Below are positions 18,535-31,679 of a stretch of DNA of 64,000 nt, in pieces (within the stretch, counting starts at the first letter, position 1; each line of letters opens with the position of its first letter). The stretch lies in assembly GCA_012112355.1 (NCBI GenBank), contig GCA_012112355.1_3028.1. One strand, 5' to 3'. This DNA is from a phage. The notes under the pieces are model-generated. The model did not search any database, was not told the DNA's origin, and was given only the letters and a program-made list of their open reading frames with translations. The translations under genes and the position numbers were made by a program.

Positions 18535-18869
18535 TTCATAATCACCAGATAAGCAGATTTAGCAGTTTCAACACGATAAATTTCGTGACGAAGTTTAGTT
18601 ATACTTTTAATAACAGAACTAATTATATTCTGCCCATCTTTAAAGCGGTTTTTCTTATCAATAAAAATTGCACCAGCCATCTTTTTGTGAAGCTCAACTG
18701 GATACTTCGTCACAATAATAGCATCATACACAGAAGGATGAATACTATTCACTAGAGTGTCATTCATTAAAGTTATTCTAATGAACTGTGCTGTGTCAGA
18801 GTCAAGCGCTCTATGATCGCCAGTATCATTTTCAAGACAATTATCAATTATATCAGTTAAATTCATCAT
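18531..18869 (-). CDS. hypothetical protein (cd.x array)
   Basis: 112-aa ORF. Confidence 0.6.
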   Translation of the reverse strand: MMNLTDIIDNCLENDTGDHRALDSDTAQFIRITLMNDTLVNSIHPSVYDAIIVTKYPVELHKKMAGAIFIDKKNRFKDGQNIISSVIKSITKLRHEIYRVETAKSAYLVIMK

Positions 18870-19102
18870 AGTACGCCATACACCCTTTGTGCTTCAACTA
18901 ATCCATCAAAATCCAATTTGAGATGTGTTATTTGGTCACCATCACCTGGATTCACAATTACTAATACTGAACGAGGAGTTTCGGTAATAACACGAACCGA
19001 TGTTTCTGGAAATCGTTCAGAAACCTTATTTACCAATTCCTGAGCAAATAGTTTAACTTTTTCTTGGAATTCTTTAACAGTAATTGGTTTTTCACTTAGC
19101 AT
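18866..19102 (-). CDS. hypothetical protein (cd.x array)
   Basis: 78-aa ORF with early promoter upstream. Confidence 0.55.
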   Translation of the reverse strand: MLSEKPITVKEFQEKVKLFAQELVNKVSERFPETSVRVITETPRSVLVIVNPGDGDQITHLKLDFDGLVEAQRVYGVL

Positions 19103-19129
19103 TGTGTTTTCCTCATTTGTTTTGGTAGA

Positions 19130-19164
19130 GCTATAATATCACAACTCTACCAAAAAGTAAACTA
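19130..19164 (-). promoter_or_regulatory. T4-type early promoter
   Basis: GTTTAC..17..TATTAT then SD GAGGAAAA. Confidence 0.65.
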
Positions 19165-19446
19165 TTAAATTGCCTTGAATTCTGATGTCTGTGATTCAAA
19201 GCGAATATCGCCTTTGATGACTAGCTCAGCATCAAGACCAAATACGACAATGATATGCGCGGAACCCGGATACAGCGTAATTGCAATAGAATCCACCTGG
19301 TCTGGAAGCAAAGTGTTCAATACATGAGTCACTTGAGCATGAATTCGAAGCTCGGCTGCGTTATCAAGCTTTTCAAACATATTATTAGCGATAATTTGAC
19401 TAAACACTACTTCTACGATTTTAGAATAAGTCGGAAACATATTCAC
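19165..19446 (-). CDS. hypothetical protein (cd.x array)
   Basis: 93-aa ORF. Confidence 0.55.
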   Translation of the reverse strand: MNMFPTYSKIVEVVFSQIIANNMFEKLDNAAELRIHAQVTHVLNTLLPDQVDSIAITLYPGSAHIIVVFGLDAELVIKGDIRFESQTSEFKAI

Positions 19447-19635
19447 CTCACATAATTTTCTTCAAGCCAATTAATAACATCCAACGCATTATCAAAAGTT
19501 GAACCATCTACTATGTCTTCTGTTTCATAATCAAGAATATCTAAGTCTACTCTTCCATCAACAATAGGCCATAAACAAAATAGATATTTCTTTTCTTTTT
19601 CAATTTTATCACAAAGTCGATAAATCTTTTCTATG

Positions 19636-19643
<8 letters not shown>
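19443..19643 (-). CDS. hypothetical protein (cd.x array)
   Basis: 66-aa ORF. Confidence 0.5.
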
Positions 19644-21054
<1,411 letters not shown>

Positions 21055-21058
<4 letters not shown>

Positions 21059-21285
21059 TTATTTTTCTCAACCAATGATTGAATATAATCATGCAGGTCT
21101 TTAGATGCTTTACCCCACTTATTTTGATATTCATTTTTAAGATTAGCCCGAGATTGAGCTAATAAAACATCATTAGTTGGAGGTAAAGATTCTAATCGTT
21201 GAATCTGACGTCCATAAATCATTGCAGCCATCTCAGATTCATAAATCAATCCTTTGAGATGTTCAAATTGATGCCATGAAATCAT
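21055..21285 (-). CDS. hypothetical protein
   Basis: 76-aa ORF. Confidence 0.5.
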
Positions 21286-21581
21286 TTACATTTATCCTCT
21301 TTTAGCTCTTGACGATAATAGCATATCATAGTTTTTTGGTCATGTACATATCGTTTTACATCATTAAGCCAAATACGAAATTCCTGGGAATCTTCAAATG
21401 GCATACCGACCCAAGCTTTACCATCAATAACTTTAACTTGCCAAGATAGTTTAGCTTCATCATATGACTTTATTTGTACAGGCCAATTAGGATGAACTGT
21501 TTCTTTCTTTACTTCTAGAGGCTTTGTCGAACAACCAACTAGAAGACCAATAGATAATATTACTGCTGATAGTTTAATCAT
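21282..21581 (-). CDS. putative o-spanin, outer-membrane lipoprotein (T4 pseT.2-like)
   Basis: 99 aa; signal peptide with lipobox LLVGC; adjacent to i-spanin candidate. Confidence 0.65.
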   Translation of the reverse strand: MIKLSAVILSIGLLVGCSTKPLEVKKETVHPNWPVQIKSYDEAKLSWQVKVIDGKAWVGMPFEDSQEFRIWLNDVKRYVHDQKTMICYYRQELKEDKCK

Positions 21582-21931
21582 TTAGAAAGGTCCTGGATGT
21601 CTTCTGCGAACTTGTTGAAGGAGTTGTTGATTTGTTTTTCAACCAATCCTGGCTTATGAGCCACCACATCCGCCTTCTTTGCATCTTTGCGCAGTTTTTC
21701 ATTTTCACGCTCAATAGCAGCAATCGCCTCACGATTTTTAGTATTCATCGCATCAATATAATTATACTGAATTCGCAAATTATTTAATGCTAAGGCGTTT
21801 TCATTGGCCGTTTTTGTAATTTCTACAACAGACGTTTCTAATCTTTCAATTTTATTTTTTAAAATTAAAGAAGTTCCGCCTAATGCAATTACAATTAATA
21901 GCAAACCTGCTGTCGTATTACTTAATTGCAT
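21578..21931 (-). CDS. putative i-spanin (T4 pseT.3-like)
   Basis: 117 aa; N-terminal TM segment then coiled-coil-like region. Confidence 0.65.
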   Translation of the reverse strand: MQLSNTTAGLLLIVIALGGTSLILKNKIERLETSVVEITKTANENALALNNLRIQYNYIDAMNTKNREAIAAIERENEKLRKDAKKADVVAHKPGLVEKQINNSFNKFAEDIQDLSK

Positions 21932-22428
21932 AAAGTTTTAATAACCTCTATAATATCGTCTTGAGAAAGACCGTTAATTAAAATATGATGTTCAGCTGGA
22001 GATTTAGAAATTTTAAAGCATGCCTCAACATCTTCTGCCATATCCGATGCACTACGATTTGGATTACTAATACCAAGGCGGTGTTTTCCCGTCAAAGGAT
22101 TAACGATGATATAGCATTTGCAGCTATTGATATGAACATTGGGTTGAGTCTGATTAATGAACACTTCACAATCATACTTAGCGAGTTGATTTTCTAAAAA
22201 GACTTTCATCTCTTCAACCGCATCAGGAAGCATATCACGGGCTTGCTCAAGACGACGATTTCGATATTCTTTAATGGTCGTTTTCCGCTTGACTTGTTTA
22301 GCTAAATCTTTCTTAAGATCAGTGATATATCCAACTCGACGATTTCCTTTGAATACAGAAATCCCATCTGTAGTATCACCGTATGCTTCAACGACCATTT
22401 CAGTAGTAATAAGTTGTAAATCCATCAT
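21922..22428 (-). CDS. alc: Alc, inhibitor of host transcription on dC-DNA
   Basis: 168-aa ORF (167 from second Met), position between rnlA and pseT as in T4. Confidence 0.85.
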   Translation of the reverse strand: MMDLQLITTEMVVEAYGDTTDGISVFKGNRRVGYITDLKKDLAKQVKRKTTIKEYRNRRLEQARDMLPDAVEEMKVFLENQLAKYDCEVFINQTQPNVHINSCKCYIIVNPLTGKHRLGISNPNRSASDMAEDVEACFKISKSPAEHHILINGLSQDDIIEVIKTLCN

Positions 22429-22449
22429 AAAGTCCTCATGTTATGTCAG

Positions 22450-22488
22450 TAAGATTACTGTAACACAACACGAGGGACTTGTAAACAG
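22450..22488 (-). promoter_or_regulatory. T4-type early promoter upstream of alc
   Basis: GTTTAC..TACAGT with the same leader as the promoter at 7155..7190. Confidence 0.7.
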
Positions 22489-22489
22489 C

Positions 22490-24077
<1,588 letters not shown>

Positions 24078-24083
24078 AATAAA

Positions 24084-24107
24084 ATGGGCCTTGTGGCCCA
24101 CTCCTTA
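24084..24107 (-). promoter_or_regulatory. stem-loop between SD AAGGAG and denA start (split RBS); also nrdB 3' hairpin
   Basis: TGGGCC-TTGT-GGCCCA lies between AAGGAG (overlapping nrdB stop) and the denA ATG. Confidence 0.45.
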
Positions 24108-25274
24108 AAAATATTTTTTAAAACTCATCATAACTTTATCATCAACATCATTATCAATCTGTGCTACAAGATAAGATGACAGTTCTACTTCTTGCGGTGC
24201 AGATTGAACATTATCAGAATTAAGATATTCACGAATCCAAGGATACGGATGTTTAACCGGAGCATCAGTAATTGGGCATGGAAGACCACACTGTTTCATA
24301 CGAGATACAGTTAAGTAATCAATAAAGCTCCACATGCTATTTGTATTTAATCCAGGAACATCGCCATCTTTAAATAAATGAACTGCCCAGTCTTTTTCTT
24401 GACGGTTAACTTCCATGAAAATATCAACTGCTTCTTGTTCACACTCTTGAGCAATTTTAACCCATTCATCACCATCAGTGCCAAGTTGAAGTTGACGAAT
24501 AATATATTGGGTGCCTTTAAGGTGAAGCTGCTCATCACGTGCAATGAACTTCATAATCTTGGCATTACCTTCCATGATTTCCATGTTCTTATGGAAGTTA
24601 AAGGTACACGCGAAAGATACATAAAAACGAATAGCTTCCAATGCGTTGATTACGTGCAGGCAGAGGTAAAGAGATTTCATTAGTGCTCGTTTAGTACATT
24701 CAACAACTTTGCCTAGCTCTTCTTTACGAAATCCTTCTGATAAAATTCCTTCATAATCTTCAACCGCATTCTGATATTCACGAGTCTTAACTAGAACGTC
24801 ATCATAATAACGACCAATAGATTCAGCACGTTTCATGATAGCTTTATCTAATACAATCTCATCAAATACCTTTGATGGATCAGTATAAAGATTTCGCATG
24901 ATATGAGTATATGAACGACTGTGAATAGTTTCACTAAAAGTCCATGTAGCAACCCATGTATCAAGGCTTGGGTCTGAAATTAATGACATAAGTACAGCAG
25001 ACGGTGCACGACCCTGAATGCTATCTAGAAGTGATTGATACTTCAGGTTATTAGTAAAAATATCTTGCTGATACTGAGGAAGCTTGTTAAATTGTGCAGC
25101 ATCCATCATCAAGTTTACTTCTTCAGGACGCCAGAAAAATGACAATTGCTTTTCGGTTAAATCTTCAAAAACTTTATGGCGTTGAATATCATAACGCGCA
25201 ATACCAAGACCTGAACCGAAGAACATAGGTTCTTTTAAAACATCAACTGGATTTGTATTAAAAACTGTGCTCAT
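24105..25274 (-). CDS. nrdB: ribonucleotide reductase small subunit NrdB (uninterrupted, no intron)
   Basis: 389-aa continuous ORF. Confidence 0.95.
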   Translation of the reverse strand: MSTVFNTNPVDVLKEPMFFGSGLGIARYDIQRHKVFEDLTEKQLSFFWRPEEVNLMMDAAQFNKLPQYQQDIFTNNLKYQSLLDSIQGRAPSAVLMSLISDPSLDTWVATWTFSETIHSRSYTHIMRNLYTDPSKVFDEIVLDKAIMKRAESIGRYYDDVLVKTREYQNAVEDYEGILSEGFRKEELGKVVECTKRALMKSLYLCLHVINALEAIRFYVSFACTFNFHKNMEIMEGNAKIMKFIARDEQLHLKGTQYIIRQLQLGTDGDEWVKIAQECEQEAVDIFMEVNRQEKDWAVHLFKDGDVPGLNTNSMWSFIDYLTVSRMKQCGLPCPITDAPVKHPYPWIREYLNSDNVQSAPQEVELSSYLVAQIDNDVDDKVMMSFKKYF

Positions 25275-25325
25275 AAATTTTCCGCTTAGTTAATAGATAG
25301 TGACTCGTCCATGAGTCAAATTATA

Positions 25326-27590
25326 TCATAATTTACAGGATGAACAATCTTCAGCTTTTGGAGTTTCTATTTCATAATCATCAGTACCAGAACCGTCACG
25401 TGTATTATGATAATAGAAATTTTTTCCGCCAAAATACCAAAAATACAAAAGGTCATCAATCATTATTGACATTGGAACCTTTCCTTTTGGAAAAATCTGC
25501 GGGTCATAATATGTATTCGCTGAAGCTGATTGACATACCCATTTAAGCATAATAGCTACTTGCGTAAGATAAGGTTTATTGCCTTTCTTAGCTAATTTCC
25601 ACGTATAATCATAGAGGTCTATGTTATGCTCAATATTGGGCACGACTTGATTAAAGGAGCCCTCTTTTGATTCTTTAACAGAGACTGGTCCACGTGGAGG
25701 CTCGATACCGTTTGTACTGTTAGAAACTTGGGAAGATGACTCACATGGCATAAGTGCTGATAATGTGCTATTACGGATGCCAAAGAGCTTAAGGTCTTCC
25801 CGCAGCGACGACCAGTCACAAACGTATTTTGGAGCTGCGATTTGGTCAATCTTTTTATTGTACCAGTCGATAGGTAATTCGCCTCGAGACCAACGAGTGT
25901 CTGAATAATATTCACAAGGTCCTTTTTCTTTGGCGAGCTTAATGGATGCTTTAATGAGTCCATATTGTAATCTCTCAAATAGTTCATGTGTTAAATCGTT
26001 AGCATCTTCATAAGAAGCAAAATTACTTGCCAGCCAAGCTGCATAGTTAGTAACACCTACACCAAGATTTCGACGCTTTTTAGCTTTTTCTGCTTCAGGA
26101 ACTGGATATCCTTGGTAATCCAAAAGATTATCAAGAGCACGAACTTGGACTTCTGCCAATTCATTAATTTTATCTTGGTCTTGCCAGTCAAAATTATCTA
26201 GTACGAATGCAGAGAGAGTACACAATCCAATTTCAGCATCAGGACTATTCACATCATTTGTTGGAATAGCAATTTCACAGCACAAGTTACTCTGACGAAT
26301 AGGTGCCTTTTCACGAATAAACGGAGTATAGTTATTCGTATTATCAATGAACTGTACATAAATCCTTGCTGTTCCTGAGCGTTCAGTCATGAGCAATTCA
26401 AATAGTTCACGGGCTTTAATACGCTTTTTACGAATATTAGGGTCTTTTTCTGCTGCTTCATATAATTCACGGAAACGGTCTTGGTCTTTAAAATAAGAAT
26501 AATAAAGCTCTCCGCCCATTTCATGGGGACTGAACAAAGTAATGTAATCGTTCTTTCCGAATCGTTCCATCATCAAATCATTCAGTTGAACACCATAATC
26601 CATGTGACGAATGCGGTTTTCTTCTACGCCTTTGTTATTTTTCAAAACAAGAAGATTTTCAACTTCCAAATGCCAAATAGGATAATAAGCAGTAGCAGCG
26701 CCGCCACGAATTCCACCCTGTGAACATGATTTAACTGCAGTCTGAAAATGTTTCCAAAAAGGAATAACACCGGTATGGCGTACTTCACCCATGCCAATCT
26801 TAGAACCTTCGGCACGAATCATACCAACGTTAATACCAATTCCAGCACGTTTGGAGATATATTCAACAATTGAAGCGGAAGCCTTATTGATAGACTTTAA
26901 TGAATCACCTGCCTCAATAACAACGCATGAACTAAACTGTCGAGTCGGAGTACGGCAACCAGCCATAATAGGAGTTGGCAATGAAATCTGTCGAGTAGAT
27001 ACTGCTTCATAAAAACGAATAACATGTTTTAATCTATCAACAGGTTCATCTTGATGCAATGCCATTCCAATAGTCATAAATGCAAACTGTGGAGTTTCAT
27101 AAATTTGACCAGTGGTTTTATCTTTAACTAGATATTTTTCTTTTAATTGCATCGCCCCGGAATAAGTAAATTCCATATCCCGCTCATGCTTAATTTTTGA
27201 TTCTAAAAATGTAATTTCTTCAGCAGAATATTTTGACAACAATTCAGGGTCATATTTACCTTCATTTACACAGTAAGAAATATGGTCAATAAATGAACGT
27301 GGTTCATACTGCCCGTAAACATGCTTACGAAGAGCAAACATTAAACACCGTGCAGCTACATATTGGTAATCAGGCTCTTCAGCCGAAATAGAATTCGCAG
27401 CAGCCTTAATTACAATGGTTTGAATGTCATCAGTTGTCATTCCATCACGGAGATATGATTTAATATTTTCATATAATTCATAAGGATCTACAGATGTTCC
27501 TTCAGCTGCCCAAGATAAAACTTTAATAATTTTTTGCGGGTCAAAGCTCTGAGAAACACCACTACTTTTGATAACATTAATTAATTGCAT
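25326..27590 (-). CDS. nrdA: ribonucleotide reductase large subunit NrdA
   Basis: 754 aa, C-terminal CxxC tail. Confidence 0.95.
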   Translation of the reverse strand: MQLINVIKSSGVSQSFDPQKIIKVLSWAAEGTSVDPYELYENIKSYLRDGMTTDDIQTIVIKAAANSISAEEPDYQYVAARCLMFALRKHVYGQYEPRSFIDHISYCVNEGKYDPELLSKYSAEEITFLESKIKHERDMEFTYSGAMQLKEKYLVKDKTTGQIYETPQFAFMTIGMALHQDEPVDRLKHVIRFYEAVSTRQISLPTPIMAGCRTPTRQFSSCVVIEAGDSLKSINKASASIVEYISKRAGIGINVGMIRAEGSKIGMGEVRHTGVIPFWKHFQTAVKSCSQGGIRGGAATAYYPIWHLEVENLLVLKNNKGVEENRIRHMDYGVQLNDLMMERFGKNDYITLFSPHEMGGELYYSYFKDQDRFRELYEAAEKDPNIRKKRIKARELFELLMTERSGTARIYVQFIDNTNNYTPFIREKAPIRQSNLCCEIAIPTNDVNSPDAEIGLCTLSAFVLDNFDWQDQDKINELAEVQVRALDNLLDYQGYPVPEAEKAKKRRNLGVGVTNYAAWLASNFASYEDANDLTHELFERLQYGLIKASIKLAKEKGPCEYYSDTRWSRGELPIDWYNKKIDQIAAPKYVCDWSSLREDLKLFGIRNSTLSALMPCESSSQVSNSTNGIEPPRGPVSVKESKEGSFNQVVPNIEHNIDLYDYTWKLAKKGNKPYLTQVAIMLKWVCQSASANTYYDPQIFPKGKVPMSIMIDDLLYFWYFGGKNFYYHNTRDGSGTDDYEIETPKAEDCSSCKL

Positions 27591-27907
27591 AAGTCCTCAA
27601 CTTGAAAATCGTCTTTAAACAATCGGTTAACTATATGAGCTATTATATCACCATGACACGGCTTTGGTTTACATGTGCATCCTAGCCTCATTCCACGTAA
27701 AGGCTCTAAATGTGCTTTAGTTATTTCTCCGGATTTAATTCGACGTATAAAATCTTTTTTGAATAATTCAATGGCAGCCTCCCGGCTGCCAGCATCTTTA
27801 CCGACGTAATTTCCCCAAAATGTACCACGGTGAATATTAACATCAAAGTCGGATTTATATTTATTCACTACCCGGCATAGACGGCCCACGCTGGAATAAT
27901 TCGTCAT
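27581..27907 (-). CDS. small Cys/His-motif protein of unknown function
   Basis: 108 aa; motif [15 protein letters not shown]; overlaps nrdA start by 10 nt. Confidence 0.55.
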   Translation of the reverse strand: MTNYSSVGRLCRVVNKYKSDFDVNIHRGTFWGNYVGKDAGSREAAIELFKKDFIRRIKSGEITKAHLEPLRGMRLGCTCKPKPCHGDIIAHIVNRLFKDDFQVEDLCN

Positions 27908-28124
27908 ACTGTTTTTCCGTTAATACAGTAATATCATAGTAACAGTCAGAAGAAGTTTTAACTGTGGAAATTTTATTATCAAAATACTCACGAGTCATTT
28001 TATGAGTGTAGTATTTTTTACCATAAATGGTAATAGGCTGTTCTGGTCCTGGAACTTCTAACTCGCTTGGGTTAGGAAGTGTAAAAAGAACGGCACCAGA
28101 AGTATCTTTAAATCGTAAAATCAT
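27861..28124 (-). CDS. hypothetical protein
   Basis: Internal ATG after SD GAGGAT within track ORF 27861..28136. Confidence 0.5.
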   Translation of the reverse strand: MILRFKDTSGAVLFTLPNPSELEVPGPEQPITIYGKKYYTHKMTREYFDNKISTVKTSSDCYYDITVLTEKQYDELFQRGPSMPGSE

Positions 28125-28144
28125 ATATCCTCGCAATAATAAAA

Positions 28145-29005
28145 TTACACCGCCATCTTTCCTTTAATAGGAGGGTGTGATTCATAGTTGTTAAGAACAA
28201 AATTATGCGGCTTTGCGAATTGACTCAACCAAAATACCTGCGATTCTGTGTCCCATTCATCAAATTCATCTGGAAATTTTAATTGCAATTCGCATAAATC
28301 CATAGGTTCACGACGCAAAATTTCTTTACATTGCTCTACGTGATTCATATAGATATGAGTATTACCACCAGAAAATATCAAATCTCCGGGAATAAGATTA
28401 CACATCTTAGCTACAATATGCGTCAAGGCAGCGTACGAGGCAATGTTGAATGGCAAGCCCAAGAAAACATCTACACTTCTTTGGTACCACTGCAAATCCA
28501 AATAGCCATTACGCACATTAAACTGATAGAACATATGACAAGGCGGTAATGCCATATATTTAAGTTCAGCTGGATTCCACGCAGAAACAATTTGACGCCT
28601 ATCATTCGGCAGTTTTTTAATACGATCAATAACTTCTACAATTTGGTCTACACCGCCAAAATCACGCCATTGTTTTCCATAAATTGGACCAAGTTCACCG
28701 CTATGGTATCCTAAATCTTTTGCCTGATTTTCGTAATTTTCATCCCAAACTGTTTTGCCTTGGATTAATGAATCATGCTGAATTAATCGTAAATCATTGA
28801 CATTTGTGCTTCCTGACAAAAACCATATTAACTCAGCAATGCATGCATTCCAGGCGAGCTTTTTAGTTGTTACTGCAGGAAAACCTTTGGTTAAATCCCA
28901 ACGCAATTTAGTACCGAACAAAGCAATTGTTCCTGTGCCTGTTCGGTCATCGGTTTCATAACCATTTTCAAAAATGTCTTTAATTAAATCTTGGTATTGT
29001 TTCAT
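28145..29005 (-). CDS. td: thymidylate synthase (uninterrupted, no intron)
   Basis: 286-aa continuous ORF; active-site region PPCH. Confidence 0.95.
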   Translation of the reverse strand: MKQYQDLIKDIFENGYETDDRTGTGTIALFGTKLRWDLTKGFPAVTTKKLAWNACIAELIWFLSGSTNVNDLRLIQHDSLIQGKTVWDENYENQAKDLGYHSGELGPIYGKQWRDFGGVDQIVEVIDRIKKLPNDRRQIVSAWNPAELKYMALPPCHMFYQFNVRNGYLDLQWYQRSVDVFLGLPFNIASYAALTHIVAKMCNLIPGDLIFSGGNTHIYMNHVEQCKEILRREPMDLCELQLKFPDEFDEWDTESQVFWLSQFAKPHNFVLNNYESHPPIKGKMAV

Positions 29006-29049
29006 TTAGTACCTTATATAAATTATAATACATTTTATGAAGCTAATAA

Positions 29050-29409
29050 TTAATACGGTTTAGCATCAAATTTTCTCTCAATTTCAGGCGTGAAATATAA
29101 TTCTTTACCGCGTTTGGAAAAACGACCAATAATATGATAATTATTCTCATCAAACGTGATATTGCCGATATCCATAGCTTTCAACCAAATATCGATATTT
29201 CTGTCAAGCTTTATATCAAAATTCCAATACGGAGAACTATTACCAAAAATACTGCAAGCGGATTCAGTGAAACAACTGCTATAAATTTTGTCTTTAGGAA
29301 CTATTAATTGATAGACGCCTTTAATAAACTGAGGACCTTGCCATTTTGGTTGTTTCGCGTCTTTTTCTAATAGAATAGGGTAATAATTAAAATTCATATT
29401 TTCCGCCAC
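29050..29409 (-). CDS. hypothetical protein inserted between frd and td
   Basis: 119-aa ORF (or 115 aa from the ATG four codons in). Confidence 0.55.
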   Translation of the reverse strand: MAENMNFNYYPILLEKDAKQPKWQGPQFIKGVYQLIVPKDKIYSSCFTESACSIFGNSSPYWNFDIKLDRNIDIWLKAMDIGNITFDENNYHIIGRFSKRGKELYFTPEIERKFDAKPY

Positions 29410-29417
29410 GTGTTATT

Positions 29418-30244
<827 letters not shown>

Positions 30245-30255
30245 ATTATCTCCTA

Positions 30256-30588
30256 TTAAAAAGGATCAGGAACATATCCACTAGCTTTAATCATTTTAAC
30301 TAATGTTACCATTCCTTTGTTAATTGCTTGTGAGATTTCATCAAAAACTTCATCATTAAAAAGTTCTAGCACACCCTTCTGAACTTTTAATTTACAGCCA
30401 ACAATTTCGTCATCGCCTATAGTAAATTCATTACCGCCAATTCCACCGAAAAACTTAATTACCCCAGTTAACTGTCTTCCACGAGAATATGGGTCATGTG
30501 ATAAAGTAATATGAGTCACCCCAGGTACAGTTTTAAATTGACAGCGAATGTTTACTTGAGAAATTCCAGTTACATGAATGTCAGACAT
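30256..30588 (-). CDS. hypothetical protein
   Basis: 110-aa ORF. Confidence 0.55.
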   Translation of the reverse strand: MSDIHVTGISQVNIRCQFKTVPGVTHITLSHDPYSRGRQLTGVIKFFGGIGGNEFTIGDDEIVGCKLKVQKGVLELFNDEVFDEISQAINKGMVTLVKMIKASGYVPDPF

Positions 30589-30598
30589 AATATTTTCC

Positions 30599-30841
30599 TC
30601 AAACAGACTTTTTCACAGTTTTCCAATCAGCTTTAAACTGATCAACATCAGAATGGTAAATCCAGAATCCTGCGCTTTCTCCATCCTCATAAAGAGGGCA
30701 TCCATCGCATTCATCTTCCCATCCCATATCACGCAAAAGACGTTCAGCTTTTTCAACGAGTTCAGAATCTTTACCGATGATATTAAAATACCATTTACCT
30801 CTAACTTCTGAATCTTTGATGCTCTGGCGTTGTAATCTCAT
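30599..30841 (-). CDS. hypothetical protein
   Basis: 80-aa ORF; RBS AAGGAGAATAAAATG; early promoter upstream. Confidence 0.55.
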   Translation of the reverse strand: MRLQRQSIKDSEVRGKWYFNIIGKDSELVEKAERLLRDMGWEDECDGCPLYEDGESAGFWIYHSDVDQFKADWKTVKKSV

Positions 30842-30861
30842 TTTATTCTCCTTAGTTGATA

Positions 30862-30898
30862 GGGTAATAGTATCACACTACTACCCTTCTGTAAACTA
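30862..30898 (-). promoter_or_regulatory. T4-type early promoter cassette
   Basis: GTTTAC (overlapping upstream stop TAG) ..TACTAT.. conserved leader CTATCAACTAAGGAG. Confidence 0.65.
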
Positions 30899-31258
30899 CT
30901 TTTTGAAAGTTTTTCGCAAAAGTTCAATGATTTCATCTACATTGTTTTCGTCAACAATGCAGTGAATTTTTGTTACGCCAGAAACCTTGTCTTCTATTTC
31001 ATCTTCAGAAGTCGGTTCTTTATACTCACGAAAACAATGAAATTCATCTTCGCAGACGTTGAAGTAAAAATGCTTTCCATTGGCGCATTCTACGTGTTTT
31101 ACTACTTTAAATCCATCAGCAAAGAAAACTTCTTTAACTTCAAACCATCCGCCATTTTCTTGAATAGCTTTAACTATTAATGAATTAGAACGCGGGCGAT
31201 AATTAATAAATGTATCAATAAGTCTTGGAACAAGTTCGTACTTTTTATCAATATACAT
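30896..31258 (-). CDS. hypothetical protein
   Basis: 120-aa ORF. Confidence 0.55.
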   Translation of the reverse strand: MYIDKKYELVPRLIDTFINYRPRSNSLIVKAIQENGGWFEVKEVFFADGFKVVKHVECANGKHFYFNVCEDEFHCFREYKEPTSEDEIEDKVSGVTKIHCIVDENNVDEIIELLRKTFKK

Positions 31259-31277
31259 TATGTTTTCCTCATTTTAA

Positions 31278-31296
31278 TAGGGGCTTGATAGCCCCT
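31278..31296 (-). terminator. intergenic stem-loop
   Basis: AGGGGCT-TGAT-AGCCCCT hairpin. Confidence 0.4.
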
Positions 31297-31302
31297 CGAT
31301 AA

Positions 31303-31533
31303 TTACTGTTCAATCAATCCCATGTAAAATTCTGCATCTTCAGCATCCATACCATCACAGTATTCATTAGCCATAAATCGTTCAAGAACTTCTAAAGGAC
31401 CTTCAATAACAATAGAAAAATTGCAATAATTGGGATCATCATGAATACTTGTGATACTAAGTTCAGGATAACGATTACGAATAATTTCTTCAATATATTC
31501 AAAATCAACGATGTCAATATCAACTTTAGCCAT
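31303..31533 (-). CDS. hypothetical protein
   Basis: Start at internal MAKVDIDIV; track ORF extends upstream through the promoter cassette. Confidence 0.5.
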   Translation of the reverse strand: MAKVDIDIVDFEYIEEIIRNRYPELSITSIHDDPNYCNFSIVIEGPLEVLERFMANEYCDGMDAEDAEFYMGLIEQ

Positions 31534-31562
31534 ATTGTTTTCCTCTTTAATCATCAGCAGTA

Positions 31563-31635
31563 TTGCCGATAGTTGTATAGTACCACAGTATGCTTTGGTT
31601 GTAAACCGTTTTGTGAAAAAATTTTTGAAATAAAA
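31563..31635 (-). promoter_or_regulatory. T4-type early promoter cassette with A/T-rich UP region (copy 1 of near-identical pair)
   Basis: GTTTAC..TACTAT plus leader; about 70 nt nearly identical to 48915..48988. Confidence 0.7.
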
Positions 31636-31639
31636 AAAG

Positions 31640-31660
31640 GGGACCTCTAAGGTCCCCAAT
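31640..31660 (-). terminator. rho-independent terminator downstream of gene 32
   Basis: GGGGACC-TCTAA-GGTCCCC plus T-run on minus strand. Confidence 0.75.
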
Positions 31661-31679
31661 TAATTAGTAATATAATCTA

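Noticed and set aside
28145-29005. Group I intron or homing endonuclease in td or nrdB
   Set aside because: Both genes are single uninterrupted ORFs of full length and no LAGLIDADG, GIY-YIG or HNH ORF is inserted nearby
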